DNA from: Rhizobiaceae bacterium
GTDB taxonomy: Bacteria; Pseudomonadota; Alphaproteobacteria; Rhizobiales; Rhizobiaceae
Direction: 5' to 3'
DNA length: 64,000 nt
Assembly (NCBI GenBank): GCA_013214695.1
Contig: JABSRX010000001.1
Coordinates: 1,610 to 65,609, forward strand
The notes under the pieces are model-generated. The model was given only the letters and a program-made list of their open reading frames with translations. It made no database searches and was not told the DNA's origin. Below are positions 61,866 through 64,000 of this stretch, in pieces. Numbering within the stretch: position 1 is the first letter of the stretch; the number at the start of each line of letters is the position of its first letter. A program made the translations under genes and the position numbers.

Positions 61866-62237
61866 CTGTCCATCGACAATGGCGATACGGAGTGGGAAGG
61901 CAATTTGGTTGCGGCCCATCACAAGCTGAGCGTGATGGAGCAAAAGATGCTGGCCGGTGACGATGACGAGGTGGAGACCTGGAAGCGCTATGACTGGGAG
62001 TTCCATCTGGCGATGATCGCCGCCTGCGGATCGACCAACCTGCTGTCTCTGCACTCGATTCTCTACGACAAGTACCTGCGCTATCAGATGCTGGTGCTGA
62101 CCTATCGCGGCGAAGAAGCCGTCCACGAGCATTTCCAGATGTTCAAAGCGGTTTTGGCGCGCGATGCCGATTTCTCGGTCAGTTGGCTGAAGACCCACAT
62201 TCAAAAAGGGCTGAAACACACACTGGCGGCGATCTAG
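61845..62237 (+). pseudogene. Remnant of a GntR/FCD regulator gene lacking the whole N-terminal wHTH domain
   Basis: Only the FCD part is present (SIDNGDTEWEGNLVAAHHKLSVM...FHLAMIAACGSTNLL...AVLARDADF). It is co-linear with the intact paralog at 11818-12540. An in-frame stop lies at 61842-61844 and there is no ATG. Confidence 0.7.
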
Positions 62238-62244
62238 CGCGGCA

Positions 62245-63273
62245 TCAAATCGATTCCGGCGTATAGGGCATGAAGTCGAGCACCGCGTCGCCAATAGTGG
62301 CGGAACCCGATACGCGGGCCTCAATCATCTTGGCAACGGTCTTGCGGGCGAGCGCTTCGATCGGCGTTGCTATGGCCAGATCAATCCGGCCTTCCAGAAA
62401 GCCAGCCCGCGCTGCTGGACCGACTTCATGGCAGATATAGGCCGGCGCCACACTATCTATGTGTTCCTTCAGGGCTTTCAAAACACCGCCAACACCCCCG
62501 CCACAATGATAGAGTCCCTGGAGATTGGGACAGGCGCGCAGCAATTCGCTGGCCGCCTCATAGGCGATCGCCTCATCGTCCAGGTAGACAATTGAATCGC
62601 GCAGAACTGTCTGCGGCTGATGCTCGCGCATATAGCTGCGGAAGCCGACTTCCAATGCCTCGTGCCCGAGATAGCGGTGAGAGCCGACCAGGATGCCGAT
62701 CTCGCCATCGCCCTTGGCAATCCGCGCCATCGCCCATCCAGCAGTGCGCCCCGCCTTGCGCCCGTCAATGCCGATATAGGGACATGGGACCTGGGTGTTC
62801 AGCCGGCTGAGCAGGGCGAAGACCGCAATGCCCTGTGCCTGGCAGGCCTCAATCTCCTCGGCGATCGATGGGTGGTCGATCGACACCAGCGCAATGGCAT
62901 CCGAACTGGCTTTCAAATCTCTGATTTCGGCAATCAGGGCGTCGGCGGAAAGACTGCCGACAAAGCGAATGTCGGTGCGCACGCGGGCCTGGTTCTGCGC
63001 CTGCGCCGCCACGTCGATTTCCTCGGCCAGCTTTTGGTAAAACCACTTGCTTTGCTTTTGCAAGATGAACGACAGGCGCAGCTCGGGGCCGAGCCCGCTG
63101 ACCCGATGATGCATCAGGGCACGGGCGTGAAAATTCAGGGCGTTTGCCGCCTCCAAAACCCGCTTGGCAGTTTTTTCAGATACCGGTGCCCGGCCGTTAA
63201 TCACCCGATCAACCGTGGCCACACCGACACCGGCACGGTTGGCGACATCTTGAAGTGTGACTCGTTTGCGCAT
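62245..63273 (-). CDS. LacI-family transcriptional regulator
   Basis: The N-terminal HTH is VTLQDVANRAGVGVATVDRVINGRAPVSEKTAKRV, followed by a periplasmic-binding-fold sensor domain. Confidence 0.9.
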   Translation of the reverse strand: MRKRVTLQDVANRAGVGVATVDRVINGRAPVSEKTAKRVLEAANALNFHARALMHHRVSGLGPELRLSFILQKQSKWFYQKLAEEIDVAAQAQNQARVRTDIRFVGSLSADALIAEIRDLKASSDAIALVSIDHPSIAEEIEACQAQGIAVFALLSRLNTQVPCPYIGIDGRKAGRTAGWAMARIAKGDGEIGILVGSHRYLGHEALEVGFRSYMREHQPQTVLRDSIVYLDDEAIAYEAASELLRACPNLQGLYHCGGGVGGVLKALKEHIDSVAPAYICHEVGPAARAGFLEGRIDLAIATPIEALARKTVAKMIEARVSGSATIGDAVLDFMPYTPESI

Positions 63274-63288
63274 CGCTTCTGAGACTTT

Positions 63289-63336
63289 CTATCAGCCCAT
63301 TTTTGATAGCTTTGATAGAAATGATAGATTCTATCA
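63289..63336. promoter_or_regulatory. Array of TGATAG/CTATCA half-sites including the 15-bp palindrome TGATAGATTCTATCA
   Basis: The half-sites are CTATCA 63289-63294, TGATAG 63304-63309, 63313-63318 and 63322-63327, and CTATCA 63331-63336. They lie between the LacI gene and the desaturase gene. Confidence 0.5.
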
Positions 63337-63409
63337 AGCCTACGTTGACCTGTTTGCGCCCCGCGAGTCAAATACCTGGGTTCTCAAGAACTGAGCGAAT
63401 AGTGATCAG

Positions 63410-64000
63410 ATGACCGCAGCCGCGCGCGATTACCGACTGGCCGGACCGAACTCGGGCGACAGCTTTGAGCCTTCGCAATGGTATGCAACTCCTATCTCCC
63501 GCGCACGGTTGAAAGAGCTGATGCAACGCTCAGACCGGCCCGGCCTGATCAACTATTCGCTCTGGCTCTTGGGAATATTGGTTTTCGGCTGCCTGCTTAT
63601 CTTGACCTGGGGGACATGGTGGGCCGTGCCCACGGCAATCATCTACGGAGTCTTCTATGGCTCCGGCGGCGACAGCCGCTGGCATGAATGCGGCCACGGA
63701 ACGGTTTTCAAAACCCGCTGGCTCAACCGTTGGTGCTACCAGCTGGCGTCCTTCCTGTGCCTGCGCAATCCGCATTTGTGGCGGTGGAGCCATTCACGTC
63801 ACCATTCGCACACGATCATTGTCGGCCGCGATCCCGAAATTGCCTTTCCCAGACCGCCCAGCATCACCAAATGGCTGCTCAACCTGTTGTATATTCCAAC
63901 CGCGATCGGCGAATTGAAAAAGATGGTGCTTCTCGCCTTCGGTCATCTGACCGACGAACAAAAGGCGTTTCTACCGGACGGCGAATATCAAAAGACTTTT
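63410..64000 (+). CDS. Membrane fatty-acid desaturase-family protein, 3'-truncated by the window edge
   Basis: The ATG at 63410 stays in frame to the window end, so the ORF is absent from the ORF track. The histidine boxes are WHECGHG and WSHSRHHSH, with TM segments before them. Confidence 0.8.
   Translation, partial: MTAAARDYRLAGPNSGDSFEPSQWYATPISRARLKELMQRSDRPGLINYSLWLLGILVFGCLLILTWGTWWAVPTAIIYGVFYGSGGDSRWHECGHGTVFKTRWLNRWCYQLASFLCLRNPHLWRWSHSRHHSHTIIVGRDPEIAFPRPPSITKWLLNLLYIPTAIGELKKMVLLAFGHLTDEQKAFLPDGEYQKTF

Noticed and set aside
61668-62324. 218-aa minus-strand ORF that could be annotated as an intact hypothetical gene.
   Set aside because: It is a chimera. Only its C-terminal third is HPPD-like. 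The rest is antisense read-through of the GntR-FCD remnant, and its last 12 codons are out of frame relative to the ancestral gene.

Overview
This is a 64-kb, high-GC (about 60% by eye), gene-dense chromosomal segment whose gene content looks alphaproteobacterial: a Ros/MucR regulator, matA-matB, Lrp-arginase-ornithine cyclodeaminase, a TRAP transporter and Tat-signal binding proteins. I count about 60 protein genes. Many are translationally coupled through ATGA/TGATG overlaps. They form small catabolic or transport operons, each with its own regulator (OmpR-type two-component pair, GntR, 2x ArsR, Lrp, MucR, MarR, TetR, LacI). The main blocks are:
- malonate/malonic-semialdehyde genes plus a TRAP system
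- an intradiol ring-cleavage cluster
- a peptide/opine-type ABC importer plus a TauD-family dioxygenase
- arginine-to-proline genes
- ureide-type genes
- five Gfo/Idh/MocA oxidoreductases in two clusters
- a GAF-PAS-GGDEF-EAL protein
- a PhyH/PfkB-kinase/P450 cluster
- three membrane di-iron hydroxylase/desaturase genes

I saw no rRNA, tRNA, transposase, integrase, reverse transcriptase, CRISPR array or recognisable defence gene.

The best candidate for something undescribed is the island at about 41.5-45.7 kb, which is bounded by lower-GC spacers. It holds a tightly coupled three-gene operon: a DUF2793-like protein, a 103-aa ORF and a 539-aa beta-rich ORF with no motif I can place. It also carries small flanking ORFs and structured non-coding DNA. 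This may be an orphan virion-fibre or GTA-accessory module, or a new surface module.

Other observations worth a second look:
- a deletion scar at 61.6-62.2 kb that left two 5'-truncated divergent gene remnants, one also frameshifted
- three sub-60-aa ORFs with good ribosome-binding sites that the ORF track misses
- a shared CGCTCGY heptamer tandem repeat at two convergent gene junctions
- several palindrome or direct-repeat operator candidates

All family calls come from reading motifs in the supplied translations. No searches or computations were run, so the family names need HMM or BLAST confirmation.
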